Below the pieces are notes generated by a model, which was given only the letters and a program-made list of their open reading frames with translations, had not been told where the DNA came from and did not search any database. Source: a virus (Duplodnaviria > Caudoviricetes). From it: 45,024 nt of DNA. Below are positions 29,967-40,157 of this stretch, piece after piece (the first letter of the stretch is position 1; each line of letters opens with the position of its first letter). The stretch covers positions 1-45,024 of IMG/VR virus record IMGVR_UViG_3300037991_000499, one strand, 5' to 3'. The position numbers were made by a program, and so were the translations under genes.

Positions 29967-30376
29967 TATGCGTTATCCAAATAGTTAAGTATGTTTAGAG
30001 CATCTTCATCTGTAAGTAAATGCTCTTTTTGAATCTCTTCTACTTTCTTAAGACCTAAGTGTACCCTGCAAAGCATAAGAATTGTATTGTATTCCGGAGG
30101 TCTTTCATCTTCAGGAACGAGGAGGAGACTATTTAAAGTATTTTCTAAATCAATTTTACCTTTACTTGTTTCACCATAAACCATTTCCTCTTTTACATAC
30201 AGGACATCATCTTCTTGATTATAATGTGTAAATGTAATTGAGTCTTCAGGTACACTGTTGACATGTTCTTGAGATAATTCTATTTCATAAACATCATCAC
30301 TTATCATAAAGTCTGGGAAATTGTTTTCACTATGACAATTATAACTATTGTCTTCTTTGTTAAATAAAAAATACAT
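29966..30376 (-). CDS. Hypothetical acidic protein, possible fibre chaperone
   Basis: GAGGA RBS; follows the collagen-like fibre gene. Confidence 0.6.
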   Translation of the reverse strand: MYFLFNKEDNSYNCHSENNFPDFMISDDVYEIELSQEHVNSVPEDSITFTHYNQEDDVLYVKEEMVYGETSKGKIDLENTLNSLLLVPEDERPPEYNTILMLCRVHLGLKKVEEIQKEHLLTDEDALNILNYLDNA

Positions 30377-30396
30377 ATAAATAGTTCCTCATAAAT

Positions 30397-33342
30397 TTAA
30401 GAAAATTGGCGATAACCAACTCGGGATTCGATACGATACCAATACCTATCTGCAACCCAGTAGTTACTAGTTGCGATTTGTATCCTTGTCATAGGCCATG
30501 AATTAGTTTTAAGTATTAATGCTTCTACTGCCATCTGGTTGTCAGTAGGTAATGATGCAACATTGTTACTGTCTCTGTCTTCTTGGTACCAACTCGTAAA
30601 CTGTTCAGACCCTATTGTAGATCCACCTATTTGACTCGCATGAAGCCCATCTAATAAGTCAGCATCTAAACCTGAACCAGAGCCGTCAACAGTCTTTATC
30701 TTTGTTAGAACTTGTGAGGCTGTGTCTGGTGAGCCATCTGAACCAGCAGGGCCTTGAGGGCCTGTAGCTCCTGTAGCTCCAGTATTCCCTGTTGGTCCTT
30801 GAGGTCCTTGAGGGCCAGTATTACCAGTGGCCCCAGTATTACCAGTAGGTCCCTGAGGTCCAGTAGGTCCCTGAGGTCCAGTAGGTCCCTGAGGTCCTGT
30901 AGCACCTTGTGGTCCAGTAGCTCCATCGTCACCAGCAGGTCCCTGAGGTCCAGTAGGTCCTTGAGGTCCTGTTGCTCCAGTAGATCCGGTTGCACCTGTG
31001 TTACCAGTGGGTCCTTGAGGTCCAGTATCTCCATCATCACCTTTAACGCCTTGAGGTCCCTGAGGTCCTGTAGCCCCAGCAGGTCCCTGCGGTCCTGTTG
31101 CTCCATCATCCCCATCAGCCCCAGCAGGTCCTTGAGGTCCAGTGGGTCCAGCAGGTCCAGTTGCACCAGTAGCACCTGTTGCCCCGTCATCACCTGCCGG
31201 TCCTTGAGGGCCTGTCGCACCTGTGGCTCCCGTTGGTCCAGTTAGAGCAGCTAGTTGAGACGCAGTAAAGTCACTGTATTCAAAAGCGTCACCCTGAGGA
31301 CCTTGAGGACCAGTTGCGCCAGTAGCTCCGGTAGCACCTTGTGGGCCAGTAGCGCCTGTAGCGCCCTGAGGGCCAGTTAAGGCAGCTAATTGAGCTGAAG
31401 TAAAGTCACTGTATTCAAAGGCATCGCCTTGCGGCCCTTGCGGTCCTGTAGCGCCAGTAGCACCTTGAGGTCCTTGAGGGCCAGTAGCTCCATCGTCTCC
31501 GTCTGCGCCTGCTGGGCCTTGAGGGCCAGTAGCGCCTTGAGGTCCTGTAGGTCCAGTCAATGCAGCTAACTGAGATGAAGTAAAATCACTGTATTCAAAA
31601 GCGTCACCCTGAGGACCTTGAGGGCCTGTAGCACCTTGAGGTCCTGTAGCTCCCTGAGGTCCTGTAGCACCAGTGGCTCCTGTATTCCCGGTAGCACCTT
31701 GAGGTCCTGTGTCACCTTGAGGACCAGTAGCACCTTGTGGGCCTGTAGCGCCAGTAGCGCCTGTAGGTAGTCCTAGAGATAATACTCCAGTTGAACTGTT
31801 ATATGATGATGTAGCAGAACCACCAGCAGAAACAGTTGTAGTGCTGGTTGTCAATGTTGTTAATTCATCACGATAATCTTCGGCTAAGTCTCTAGCACTT
31901 TCAGCAGCAGCTTGAGCTGTCTCAGCAGAAGTCTTGGCTGTCTGTGCAGAGTTTTTGTAAGATAATGCGTTAGCTTCGCTAGTAGCTGCCTCAGATGCTT
32001 TAGTAGTAGCTGTAGAAGCAGAAGTAGAAGCCGAAGTTGCGCTAGTTGACGCAGAAGTAGCACTAGATGCAGCATTGGTTTCGCTAGTAGCTGCATTAGT
32101 TTCGCTAGTAGCTGCATTAGTTTCGCTAGTAGCTGCATTAGATGCACTTGTAGATGCTTCACTAGCTTTAGTAGTTGCAGTTGAGGCTGATCCAGACGCA
32201 GACGTAGCTGAACCAGAAGCCGAAGTTGCACTTGAGGCTGCATTAGTTTCGCTAGTAGCTGCATTAGTTTCACTCGTTGCTGCATTGCTTTCAGATGTAG
32301 CTGCATTAGTTGCAGATGTTGATGCACTAGTTGCAGATGCACTTGCATTGTTTGAAGATGTCAGCGCAGAAGATGCACTAGAAGAAGCTGCGGTTGCACT
32401 ATTTGCAGAAGCAGTCGCTGAACTGGCTGCGTTAGTCTCAGACGTAGCGGCATCATCTTCAGAACTCTGAGCACTAGTAGCACTTGAGGCTGCATTGCTT
32501 GCAGATGTTGCAGCAGACGATGCACTTGCTGTAGCACTTGACTGACTTGCAGCAGCAGCTGTTTGAGCAGCCTCTGCATTTGTTTCAGCAGTCTCGGCAG
32601 CAGTCTTCGCAGTCTCGGCAGCAGCTTGGGCTGTCTCAGCATTTGTTTCAGCAGTCTCTGCAGCAGCTTGAGCTGTCTCAGCATTTGTTTCAGCAGTCTC
32701 AGCTGCGGATTGCGCTGTCTCAGCATTTGTTTCTGCTAACTCTGCGTTTGTTTCAGCAGTCTCTGCAGCATTCTTAGCTGCAACTGCATCAGACTCGGCA
32801 GACTCTGCAGCAACCTTAGCTGTTTCTGCGGCATTTTTATGTGACAATGCGCTGGCAGCAGACGCAGCTGCTTCAGATGCTTTAGTAGTGGCAGTAGAAG
32901 CACTTGTAGATGCACTAGTTGCAGAAGAGGATGCTTCAGATGCCTTAGTAGTCGCAGTAGAAGCAGATGAAGAAGCTGAAGTTGCACTAGCAGCGGCATT
33001 AGTTTCACTCGTAGATGCGTTAGATTCACTAGTAGCTGCAGCAGTGGCAGATGCACTCGCATTTGTTGCGGCAGTTTCTGCGCTAGACTTTGCAGTTTCA
33101 GTTGCAGAGTGTGCGGATTCTGCAGCGTTCTTTGCTGTTATCGCATCAGCAGCTGCGGATGTTGCTGTAGCGTACTCACCTACAGTTTCATTTGTAAATG
33201 ACCCACCTTCTGCTTTTTTATTTATAAGCCCAGCTTCTTCCGTGCCGGAACTAAAAGGGACAGAAGTTGTGTTTCCTTGATCTGGTTGGTATGTGATTGG
33301 AGTTTCAATAACATTACCTGATGAATCATATTCTATAGACAT
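30397..33342 (-). CDS. Collagen-like fibre protein with Ala/Ser/Thr coiled-coil stalk
   Basis: SETNAAT / AETAETN heptads, long Gly-X-Y tract, [15 protein letters not shown] fibre motif. Confidence 0.88.
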   Translation of the reverse strand: MSIEYDSSGNVIETPITYQPDQGNTTSVPFSSGTEEAGLINKKAEGGSFTNETVGEYATATSAAADAITAKNAAESAHSATETAKSSAETAATNASASATAAATSESNASTSETNAAASATSASSSASTATTKASEASSSATSASTSASTATTKASEAAASAASALSHKNAAETAKVAAESAESDAVAAKNAAETAETNAELAETNAETAQSAAETAETNAETAQAAAETAETNAETAQAAAETAKTAAETAETNAEAAQTAAAASQSSATASASSAATSASNAASSATSAQSSEDDAATSETNAASSATASANSATAASSSASSALTSSNNASASATSASTSATNAATSESNAATSETNAATSETNAASSATSASGSATSASGSASTATTKASEASTSASNAATSETNAATSETNAATSETNAASSATSASTSATSASTSASTATTKASEAATSEANALSYKNSAQTAKTSAETAQAAAESARDLAEDYRDELTTLTTSTTTVSAGGSATSSYNSSTGVLSLGLPTGATGATGPQGATGPQGDTGPQGATGNTGATGATGPQGATGPQGATGPQGPQGDAFEYSDFTSSQLAALTGPTGPQGATGPQGPAGADGDDGATGPQGPQGATGATGPQGPQGDAFEYSDFTSAQLAALTGPQGATGATGPQGATGATGATGPQGPQGDAFEYSDFTASQLAALTGPTGATGATGPQGPAGDDGATGATGATGPAGPTGPQGPAGADGDDGATGPQGPAGATGPQGPQGVKGDDGDTGPQGPTGNTGATGSTGATGPQGPTGPQGPAGDDGATGPQGATGPQGPTGPQGPTGPQGPTGNTGATGNTGPQGPQGPTGNTGATGATGPQGPAGSDGSPDTASQVLTKIKTVDGSGSGLDADLLDGLHASQIGGSTIGSEQFTSWYQEDRDSNNVASLPTDNQMAVEALILKTNSWPMTRIQIATSNYWVADRYWYRIESRVGYRQFS
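30735..31770 (-). repeat. Gly-X-Y collagen repeats (GPQ/GAT/GPT) with three [16 protein letters not shown] inserts
   Basis: 9-bp periodicity; inserts near 31237-31293, 31372-31428 and 31552-31608. Confidence 0.92.
31890..33160 (-). repeat. 21-bp heptad repeats encoding an Ala/Ser/Thr-rich stalk
   Basis: For example gcattagtttcgctagtagct repeated at 32070-32140; boundaries approximate. Confidence 0.85.
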
Positions 33343-33354
33343 TATTATCCCCTA

Positions 33355-34116
33355 TTACATTAACTCAGAAACTTCGTAAGTTATCTGATTAGATGAACCT
33401 CTAACTTTTCGGTAGGTCTCTTCATTATTTAATTCTTGTATAGCCATTTCTTGCTTTTGGAAATATTTCATAGATGCTTCATTGTCACCTAAGTAATCCA
33501 TTGCATGGGCTAATGCACCAAATAGCAATGCACGTTCATTATCATCACGAAGCCAGTTATATACTTCGTTACCTGTGTAGTAGTTACCTGAAGAAGCAGG
33601 AAATTCTACAGCCCCTTCGTCTCCACTACTAGCTGTAGTTGTATTACCTGCATTGATGTTAGCTTGGTTCACAACATATGTAGCATTTAAGTCAAATAAC
33701 CTACGATAGTAATGGATTTCAAAAACCTCACCTTCTTCTGCTGCTGGGTGGAATATAATATTACCACCTTTGTAACTAAAAGAGTTTTGAGGCTTTGATG
33801 TATTGTTATCTTCAAAAGATCGTAACCCAAGGTTCTTCATAAATGTACTTGAAGTTCCAGCTGAGTTAGTCCGTCTCATTGAAATTATTTCAGTTAAGTC
33901 TGGAGGAAGCTGTAAAGAGGTCTCTCCTGTTGACGCTGACGTAATAGTTGGATACAAATATGTATACTCCAAAGGTGGAATGCGAAGTTTACGATAGCAA
34001 GTGTCAGCAGAATAATCTAGGAAATCAGTGATAAGCGCATCGGTTAGGATAGAGCTGTCTCTGTTAGCCCAGTTACGCACTTTAGCAACTAAGGCATCAA
34101 AATTTGGAGTAGCCAT
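33355..34116 (-). CDS. Head-tail adaptor / tail tubular protein A
   Basis: VRNWANR, YRKLRIP, NWL..D.E..LLFGAL; position after capsid. Confidence 0.75.
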   Translation of the reverse strand: MATPNFDALVAKVRNWANRDSSILTDALITDFLDYSADTCYRKLRIPPLEYTYLYPTITSASTGETSLQLPPDLTEIISMRRTNSAGTSSTFMKNLGLRSFEDNNTSKPQNSFSYKGGNIIFHPAAEEGEVFEIHYYRRLFDLNATYVVNQANINAGNTTTASSGDEGAVEFPASSGNYYTGNEVYNWLRDDNERALLFGALAHAMDYLGDNEASMKYFQKQEMAIQELNNEETYRKVRGSSNQITYEVSELM

Positions 34117-34135
34117 TTATATATCTCCTTTGATA

Positions 34136-34477
34136 TTAAATTTTCTTCATATGTGAAGTAATTAAGTCAGGGTACTCACTGTATATAATACGTTTTAATC
34201 GAATCATATTTGCAGGGTCATCTAGGAAGTCATCTGCATGAACATTGAGTTTATATTTTGTTAGTATATCAACAGCAACAATATCAGGTATGATAAATAA
34301 AGGTCTGTATTTCTGACCAGCACCAAAGTTATCTCGACCTTGGTTTCTCATATCTTTTGCATAGTTGCGGTAGTGATCGACATCTTGTGTCAATCGAAAT
34401 TGATTTGTTCCAGTTTCTATATCAAAACTGTGACGATTATCTTCTTGTGATTTTTGTCCCATAATAGCGTCCTCCAT
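34136..34477 (-). CDS. Hypothetical protein
   Basis: IPDIVAVDI motif. True start may be the second Met (GGAGG upstream). Confidence 0.7.
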   Translation of the reverse strand: MEDAIMGQKSQEDNRHSFDIETGTNQFRLTQDVDHYRNYAKDMRNQGRDNFGAGQKYRPLFIIPDIVAVDILTKYKLNVHADDFLDDPANMIRLKRIIYSEYPDLITSHMKKI

Positions 34478-34481
34478 TAGG

Positions 34482-34512
34482 AAAATAAAAGGGGCTCCCT
34501 TAGGAACCCCTT
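34482..34512 (-). terminator. Terminator after the major capsid gene
   Basis: On - strand: AAGGGGTTCC-TAAG-GGAGCCCCTT-TTATTTT. Confidence 0.85.
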
Positions 34513-34528
34513 AAAATATTAGCTGCGA

Positions 34529-35554
34529 TTAGCCGCCAATACCAACGATCAAGCCAGAGCCGTTAGGGTTACGTACTTCAAGAGTACATTCTTCAACGAT
34601 CTGACCAATGGTAGAGTCACCAGACTGACCTACTTCAGTTTCCTGAAGAGGACGTAGAGTAGCAACATTGAACCACTGAGGATCATATACTAGAGCAGAA
34701 GCGTCTGCGTTAGTACCCATACCCATGATGTAGTTAGGAACTACTTTGATAGTACCAAAGTCAGACTCATAGAACTCTACAGACTGACGTAAAGTGCCAT
34801 CACCATCGATGTTACGACGAACATTAGAATCAGCTGCTTGAGACTTGCTAGAGAATAAACGACGGTTCTTAGGAGAAACCATCAAGGTAGTAGCCTTACC
34901 ACCATTCTCATATACAAGCTGCATTACGTCATCAACGTGGCTTAGTTCTAGTTCAACCAAGTTAGCATCAGATGAACCACGAGCCAAAGTACCAGCATCA
35001 CCGATACCAGTAGTAGATGGAGCAGTGTAACCACCATTCGCAGATACATCTTTCAAAGTTGCATCGTTTACGAAAGCGTGGTAGCCACCCATAGTACGAG
35101 TACCAGAACCATTGGAGCTGTTCCAAGAGCTGACTGCATCAAACTCTAAGTCACGCTTCAATTCAGTACCACGCTTCTTCAACTGGTAAGCATACTCATC
35201 AGCAACGCCAGCTTGGTCTACAGCACGTTTGGTGCCAGAAACTTCAACAGTCTTGGAGTTGATTTGAGTGTAGTTACCTAGACGAGTACGTAGTGGCTCG
35301 TTACCTTGGGCAGTAGCAACAGTGCTGTAAGAAGAACCTTCAGCAACGGCATTAGAACCGGGAGCATCTAGCTCGTCAGTTTGCCATTCGTGCAGGATAC
35401 CGCCTGCTTGGGTTTTACCGATAGAGCTCAAGAAAGGAGCTTCGTCACGAGTAATTAGGGAAATGAAATCAGACAACTGTTCACGTTCGGAGACGTTCAT
35501 TGCAGTTGTGCCAGCAGCGGCCTTAGGACCACCAGTTACGAAATTACGTGCCAT
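34529..35554 (-). CDS. Major capsid protein (SU10/phiEco32-like family)
   Basis: HEWQTDEL, EG, NYTQI, VSGT, ELKRDLE, YESDFG, E.TLEVRNP; strong codon bias; downstream terminator. Confidence 0.92.
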   Translation of the reverse strand: MARNFVTGGPKAAAGTTAMNVSEREQLSDFISLITRDEAPFLSSIGKTQAGGILHEWQTDELDAPGSNAVAEGSSYSTVATAQGNEPLRTRLGNYTQINSKTVEVSGTKRAVDQAGVADEYAYQLKKRGTELKRDLEFDAVSSWNSSNGSGTRTMGGYHAFVNDATLKDVSANGGYTAPSTTGIGDAGTLARGSSDANLVELELSHVDDVMQLVYENGGKATTLMVSPKNRRLFSSKSQAADSNVRRNIDGDGTLRQSVEFYESDFGTIKVVPNYIMGMGTNADASALVYDPQWFNVATLRPLQETEVGQSGDSTIGQIVEECTLEVRNPNGSGLIVGIGG

Positions 35555-35587
35555 TTGTATTTACCTCTTATTTTAATATAGCAGTAT

Positions 35588-36682
35588 TTACCTAAAGTTA
35601 GAAAAGCTCTTAATAAAATCTAATTGATCTTGTTTAGAGCCTTGACCGGAAAGAACTCGTGCTTTTAAATCATTTTGTTCACGAGTGGCTTTCATAGCTT
35701 TTGAAGGAGCTTTCTTTGTGGGGATACTTTTTGCTTTAGGGCTTCGTTTACGTTTGATTGCGCCTTTAGTCGAACGCTCTTTAAGTTGGCGATAATCATC
35801 GATAAATTTAACGATCCTTGCATCAAATATTTGTCCCAGAATATCCTCGGGTACACCTTCAGCTAGGGCAAACTTTTTAATTTTCTCAGCATCATACTGA
35901 GGTACTAGTTCTTGAATTTCTGTATTAAACTTTGTCAAGAGACCTTCATAATGCTTAGTTAAGTCTGCTTCTTGCTTTTTCTTGATGTTATCAGCTAATT
36001 GTTCACGTTTTTTACGAGCTTCCCAATAGAGTTCTTGAACTGCCTCACGCTTATCTTTTAACTCAGAAAGTTCATACGTATCTCCGCTCTTACGAGCTTC
36101 TTTGATGGACTTATCGAGTTCATGATATTGGCTTGCATACTCATTTTCTGTAGTGGTAAGTTGTTCGTTTAGAACAGCTGCAACCTCTTGGACTTCTTTT
36201 ATACGATTGTTGTATTCGGCTTCTAGCTCCTTCCGCTGTTCACCGATCTGTTCACCCTTTTTAGACAAGCTTTGATCCGTAGCATAACCTTTACGGAGTT
36301 CTTCAAGGGTCAAGTGTTTTGTTTCCCCATCAATTTTGACAGGCACTTGATACTCCCAATCGATCTCCCCTTCTTCTAAATATTCAGCTTCTTGGGTAGA
36401 CTCATCATCATCCTCATCTTCATATTCTTCAGAAGTGTCATCTTCGTCTTCGTGATTTTCGTCATCTGATAAAGTGTCTTCTTCGGGTACTTCACCTTCT
36501 TCATCATCTGACGGATCTGGAATCTCGTCACTATCCGGTAGACCTTCTTCAACAAGACCTAAGGCTTCAGCCATAGGACCCATTGGTACTTGAAGATCAT
36601 CAAAGTTTACGTTATCCAGATCGGCACTGATATTCGCATCATCTCCAGAGGAGGTAGACGGTACTTGATTATCGTTGCTCAT
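35588..36682 (-). CDS. Scaffolding protein
   Basis: Acidic N-terminus, VKIDGE..LTLEELRKGY, coiled coil; upstream of capsid. Confidence 0.88.
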   Translation of the reverse strand: MSNDNQVPSTSSGDDANISADLDNVNFDDLQVPMGPMAEALGLVEEGLPDSDEIPDPSDDEEGEVPEEDTLSDDENHEDEDDTSEEYEDEDDDESTQEAEYLEEGEIDWEYQVPVKIDGETKHLTLEELRKGYATDQSLSKKGEQIGEQRKELEAEYNNRIKEVQEVAAVLNEQLTTTENEYASQYHELDKSIKEARKSGDTYELSELKDKREAVQELYWEARKKREQLADNIKKKQEADLTKHYEGLLTKFNTEIQELVPQYDAEKIKKFALAEGVPEDILGQIFDARIVKFIDDYRQLKERSTKGAIKRKRSPKAKSIPTKKAPSKAMKATREQNDLKARVLSGQGSKQDQLDFIKSFSNFR

Positions 36683-36696
36683 AAATTATTACTCCC

Positions 36697-36930
36697 TTAG
36701 TCCTCTTTTTTCTTAGACACTTTTTTTGATTTAGGTTTAGGTGCACTAGCTGGTGCCTCTAATGCTAGATCAGTTTCTAGCTCCTTAATCATAAAACACA
36801 AATCAGCAAAGGTTGGTGCGTGTAGTCGTGCCTTGCCCTGTGAACCAGCAATCTCTCCAATGAGTGCATGCTTCGCTTTAATGGCAAAATCGAGTGCTTT
36901 CTTAGCCTTCTCGCTCTGTAAATTATTCAT
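36697..36930 (-). CDS. Hypothetical protein
   Basis: Coupled ORF in the head module. Confidence 0.65.
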   Translation of the reverse strand: MNNLQSEKAKKALDFAIKAKHALIGEIAGSQGKARLHAPTFADLCFMIKELETDLALEAPASAPKPKSKKVSKKKED

Positions 36931-37291
36931 CTATATTTTCCTCGTTTAATTGACTCTCACTTAGAAACTGGGAGTTAAACCCAAATGTTTCAATTCGTAC
37001 TAGACGTTCTTTCACTGAACCTAACCCTAATGCTACGTGATATAAGTATTCACGTTCTTTAGTGCAGTGGGGTTCTGTCTGTAACCATGCTTCGAATAGT
37101 TCCAGCATGATTTCACCATAAGCATCATCAAAAAACTGTTCTCGATCTTTTCGAGCAAACTCAGCTTTAGTTAATGCTAGTTGTGCGGTGGGGAAAGTGT
37201 CCGGTTTATATGAGCCATCTGTTTGCATTTGCGGTTTAAACTTTTTGTTAGCCGCATTAGTGTACTTCTTTACACTTGCCTTCTTCGTCAT
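36923..37291 (-). CDS. Head-module hypothetical protein
   Basis: GAGG RBS before MTKK; W..TEPH.TKEREYLY. Confidence 0.7.
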   Translation of the reverse strand: MTKKASVKKYTNAANKKFKPQMQTDGSYKPDTFPTAQLALTKAEFARKDREQFFDDAYGEIMLELFEAWLQTEPHCTKEREYLYHVALGLGSVKERLVRIETFGFNSQFLSESQLNEENIDE

Positions 37292-37433
37292 ATTTACCTC
37301 ATTAATAAAAATTGGTAACAGGCGGCAACCCATAGAGGGCTTAGAGCCGCCTGCCAATCAGATTCTTTTTATCTGTGAATCCACCAGAAGATACTTTATC
37401 ACCTTTCCTTAATATAGCATCTCAAGCTATTGT

Positions 37434-37799
37434 TCAATTACTTTCATCACTTTTCTTTTCTTGGCGTGATAGTGCTTCTATCGTACCAATTCGAATAGTG
37501 AGCTCATGTACTCGATCCTGCATCTCACTTAACTTTTGTATATCTCGCTCTAGCCCTTGTATTAACATATCTTGTCTTGCATCGTCAGGTAACGAACCCA
37601 GTTGACCTCGGGGCCAAAGGATTCGAAACTCTGAGTTTGATTTTATTTCAAGATCTGTCATTTCAACATTATGCTCGAGAGCCGTAAGTCGAGATTCAAT
37701 TGTGAAGTAAGCCATAGTAGCGATTGCGGTAAAAGCAATCATGCCCAATATATTCTTGAGTGGAATAGTGAACTCTGAACTTTCTGATATTTTAGTCAT
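37434..37799 (-). CDS. Single-pass membrane coiled-coil protein
   Basis: Hydrophobic ILGMIAFTAIATMAYF followed by coiled coil. Confidence 0.7.
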   Translation of the reverse strand: MTKISESSEFTIPLKNILGMIAFTAIATMAYFTIESRLTALEHNVEMTDLEIKSNSEFRILWPRGQLGSLPDDARQDMLIQGLERDIQKLSEMQDRVHELTIRIGTIEALSRQEKKSDESN

Positions 37800-37817
37800 T
37801 TGACCACCTTATAGTAG

Positions 37818-39998
37818 TTATTGACCCTGCGGTCCAATCATCTGTTCCATAGCCCCTGCTACTTCAGAAACAACAGTTTTACCAGTTTGAGGCTGTGTCA
37901 TCTGAGAGTTTACAAGAGTTAATGCCTTAGCATATATCTCATCAATACTTGGGTGTTGTAGTATTGGTTGCTGCTCCTTACCAGCCTGAATAGCCACTTT
38001 GTTCCATTCTTGATACGATTTATCCAAGGCAACCATAAGTTGCTTAAGATTATCTTGAATGGCATTCTGAGATTGAACATTAGTATAGTCAATGTTCGCT
38101 TGTTTGAGATCCATCTCTTTCTGAAGTTTAGTAAGCTCCATCTCTTTCTGTTTGGCGATTTCCTGCTGTTCCATTTCACGAGACTTCGCAACTTGCTGTT
38201 TAAATTCATCAGTTGTGAAATCTACAATGAAGTCCATAGGATTCTCACCTAAAGCGTCAATTGCTTTGTGGGCAATCTTTGCTGCAGCTTCTGGGGATAC
38301 TACTCCACCAGCACCAGCGTCTCGTAGTGCAGGTAATACCTGACCACCGATAACTTGCAACTTCTGCAACTTAGTACTGTTGGCTGCATCACCAACGTCA
38401 GCTTCAACAGATAAGTACTCGCAAGGGGGTAAGTCCTTAAACAGAACATCGTTGAAATCTGAGTTGCCAGTATATGCTCCAACGGAAACATCACTTAGTT
38501 CTTTGATCATAGTCTTGTAGACACCTTCGATGAGATCTAACCCACCAGTTTCCATAAACCTACGAGCAATGAACTGTATTCGTACTTGTGCAGCAGATTG
38601 CACTTGGGATACTTTGGCTTCGGAGTTGCCCGACACATATAGCGTATCATTCAAACCCTGGGCTGCTTTTGACAGACCAGTGGCTTGCTCTTTCTGTTCC
38701 TGCAGGTATTGCAATAGTGGAACTGTACCTGTAGAGATTTGCTCTGGTGGGAGCGATGCTACAGCTGCGTTCGGATTACCGATAGAAGCAATAACAGACT
38801 TAGGTTTGTAGTTTTGCAAAGCAGAAAAGTCTACAGTATTTGGGTCTGCAATTTTAGGAGCGTAGTTAGTAAGGTATGTATTCTCAACAAATCCACGTAG
38901 TATAGCAGTGGTAGCAAGAGTAGATGGTCTTGCCATATCAGCCATAGAAAGGCCAGTGAGTTCATGTGGAATTTTGAAGGGAACAAAGGATGCTACCTGA
39001 ATGTGGTCAACATCTTCTTCTTCAAGGATAGTCTTACCAACTTTAACAACACGCTTGAGTTCTGCAATACCATCGCCATCTCGGTCTACATAGACCCAAC
39101 ACTTGACAATAGTAGCAGGATGCATTGCTTCAAGTTCTTCTGTGGGGGACTTCAAGCCTACGCCTGTGTCAGCCCCGGATGCTTTACGTCTCGCAGACTT
39201 ATCATCATTCATGATCTCTTTATAAGTATACGAATGCGTATCAACATCATCCCATTCTATTTCATCAGCTTTTTCTGGGTATCGAGCTCGTATTGCGGAG
39301 CGACTTGTTTCAAACTCTAATGCTACCATTGGAGCGTCATGCAAGTTCTCTGCATCTCGAGAGATACGTAAAGCTTCTGGAGGTACGTTCTTGATTTCTA
39401 CTTTACGAGTAGTTATAGTTCGATTTACACGAACATCTAAGTATGTACCTGTTATATCATCTAAGTACAGATCGCCAACGATTTCTACATTAGGATCTGC
39501 TAGAAGTGAGTCAAGAGCTTCGACAGTAATTTCTTCATACTCTTGTGCGGTTACTTTTACGTCTTCAACGTAGTCCCAAGTGATAATACCTTCTTTCCAT
39601 AAGAGGCCAGACTTAACGTAAGTGTTAAGAATATCCCAACCACGATTCTTTTTAAAGATAGCACAGTTGACTGCCTCTGCACCAGCTCGGGCACGTTTGA
39701 CACCTAGAGGCGTGTTATCAGATGGGGTTAATCTTGCGAGTTTGTTATTATCAAACAACAACTCAGAAAGCACTGCGGTGTAACCTTCGATAGCTTCAAC
39801 TGTATCTGAGGCAACAATTTTAGAGACACCTTGGGGAGCTAGGTGATTGAGAGGTTGCATGGCATACTCCATGGTAGCCTTCTCTCGCTCAGCACTTAAC
39901 TCTGTAGTGTCTAAGAAATTTCCATTTGATTGGGAAATCTCAGAGTCTATTAAGTGTACCAATTCCTCATCGGAAACTGGCTTTAATCCTTCTATCAT
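37818..39998 (-). CDS. Portal protein
   Basis: 726 aa after TerL; DRDGDGIAE, GLSMAD, TGLS...QG. Confidence 0.9.
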   Translation of the reverse strand: MIEGLKPVSDEELVHLIDSEISQSNGNFLDTTELSAEREKATMEYAMQPLNHLAPQGVSKIVASDTVEAIEGYTAVLSELLFDNNKLARLTPSDNTPLGVKRARAGAEAVNCAIFKKNRGWDILNTYVKSGLLWKEGIITWDYVEDVKVTAQEYEEITVEALDSLLADPNVEIVGDLYLDDITGTYLDVRVNRTITTRKVEIKNVPPEALRISRDAENLHDAPMVALEFETSRSAIRARYPEKADEIEWDDVDTHSYTYKEIMNDDKSARRKASGADTGVGLKSPTEELEAMHPATIVKCWVYVDRDGDGIAELKRVVKVGKTILEEEDVDHIQVASFVPFKIPHELTGLSMADMARPSTLATTAILRGFVENTYLTNYAPKIADPNTVDFSALQNYKPKSVIASIGNPNAAVASLPPEQISTGTVPLLQYLQEQKEQATGLSKAAQGLNDTLYVSGNSEAKVSQVQSAAQVRIQFIARRFMETGGLDLIEGVYKTMIKELSDVSVGAYTGNSDFNDVLFKDLPPCEYLSVEADVGDAANSTKLQKLQVIGGQVLPALRDAGAGGVVSPEAAAKIAHKAIDALGENPMDFIVDFTTDEFKQQVAKSREMEQQEIAKQKEMELTKLQKEMDLKQANIDYTNVQSQNAIQDNLKQLMVALDKSYQEWNKVAIQAGKEQQPILQHPSIDEIYAKALTLVNSQMTQPQTGKTVVSEVAGAMEQMIGPQGQ

Positions 39999-40157
39999 TT
40001 TATTACCTCAATATCACGATTGATTCTATCTATCTAATTAGGGGAGGTTTCATTTCATATTCCCAGTACAAAGAAACACATCCAAACAAGTACCTGAGGA
40101 GGACTATTGGGAAACCTTAAATTCTTTTGGGCAACGCCCTAAGATCCTCGGACCCAG

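Noticed and set aside
30705-33280. Leu/Gln-rich and Ser/Arg-rich ORFs overlapping the collagen fibre
   Set aside because: By-products of 9-bp and 21-bp periodic repeats.
37434-37799. 121-aa ORF as terminase small subunit
   Set aside because: It has a transmembrane helix and no HTH; no TerS could be identified in the window.
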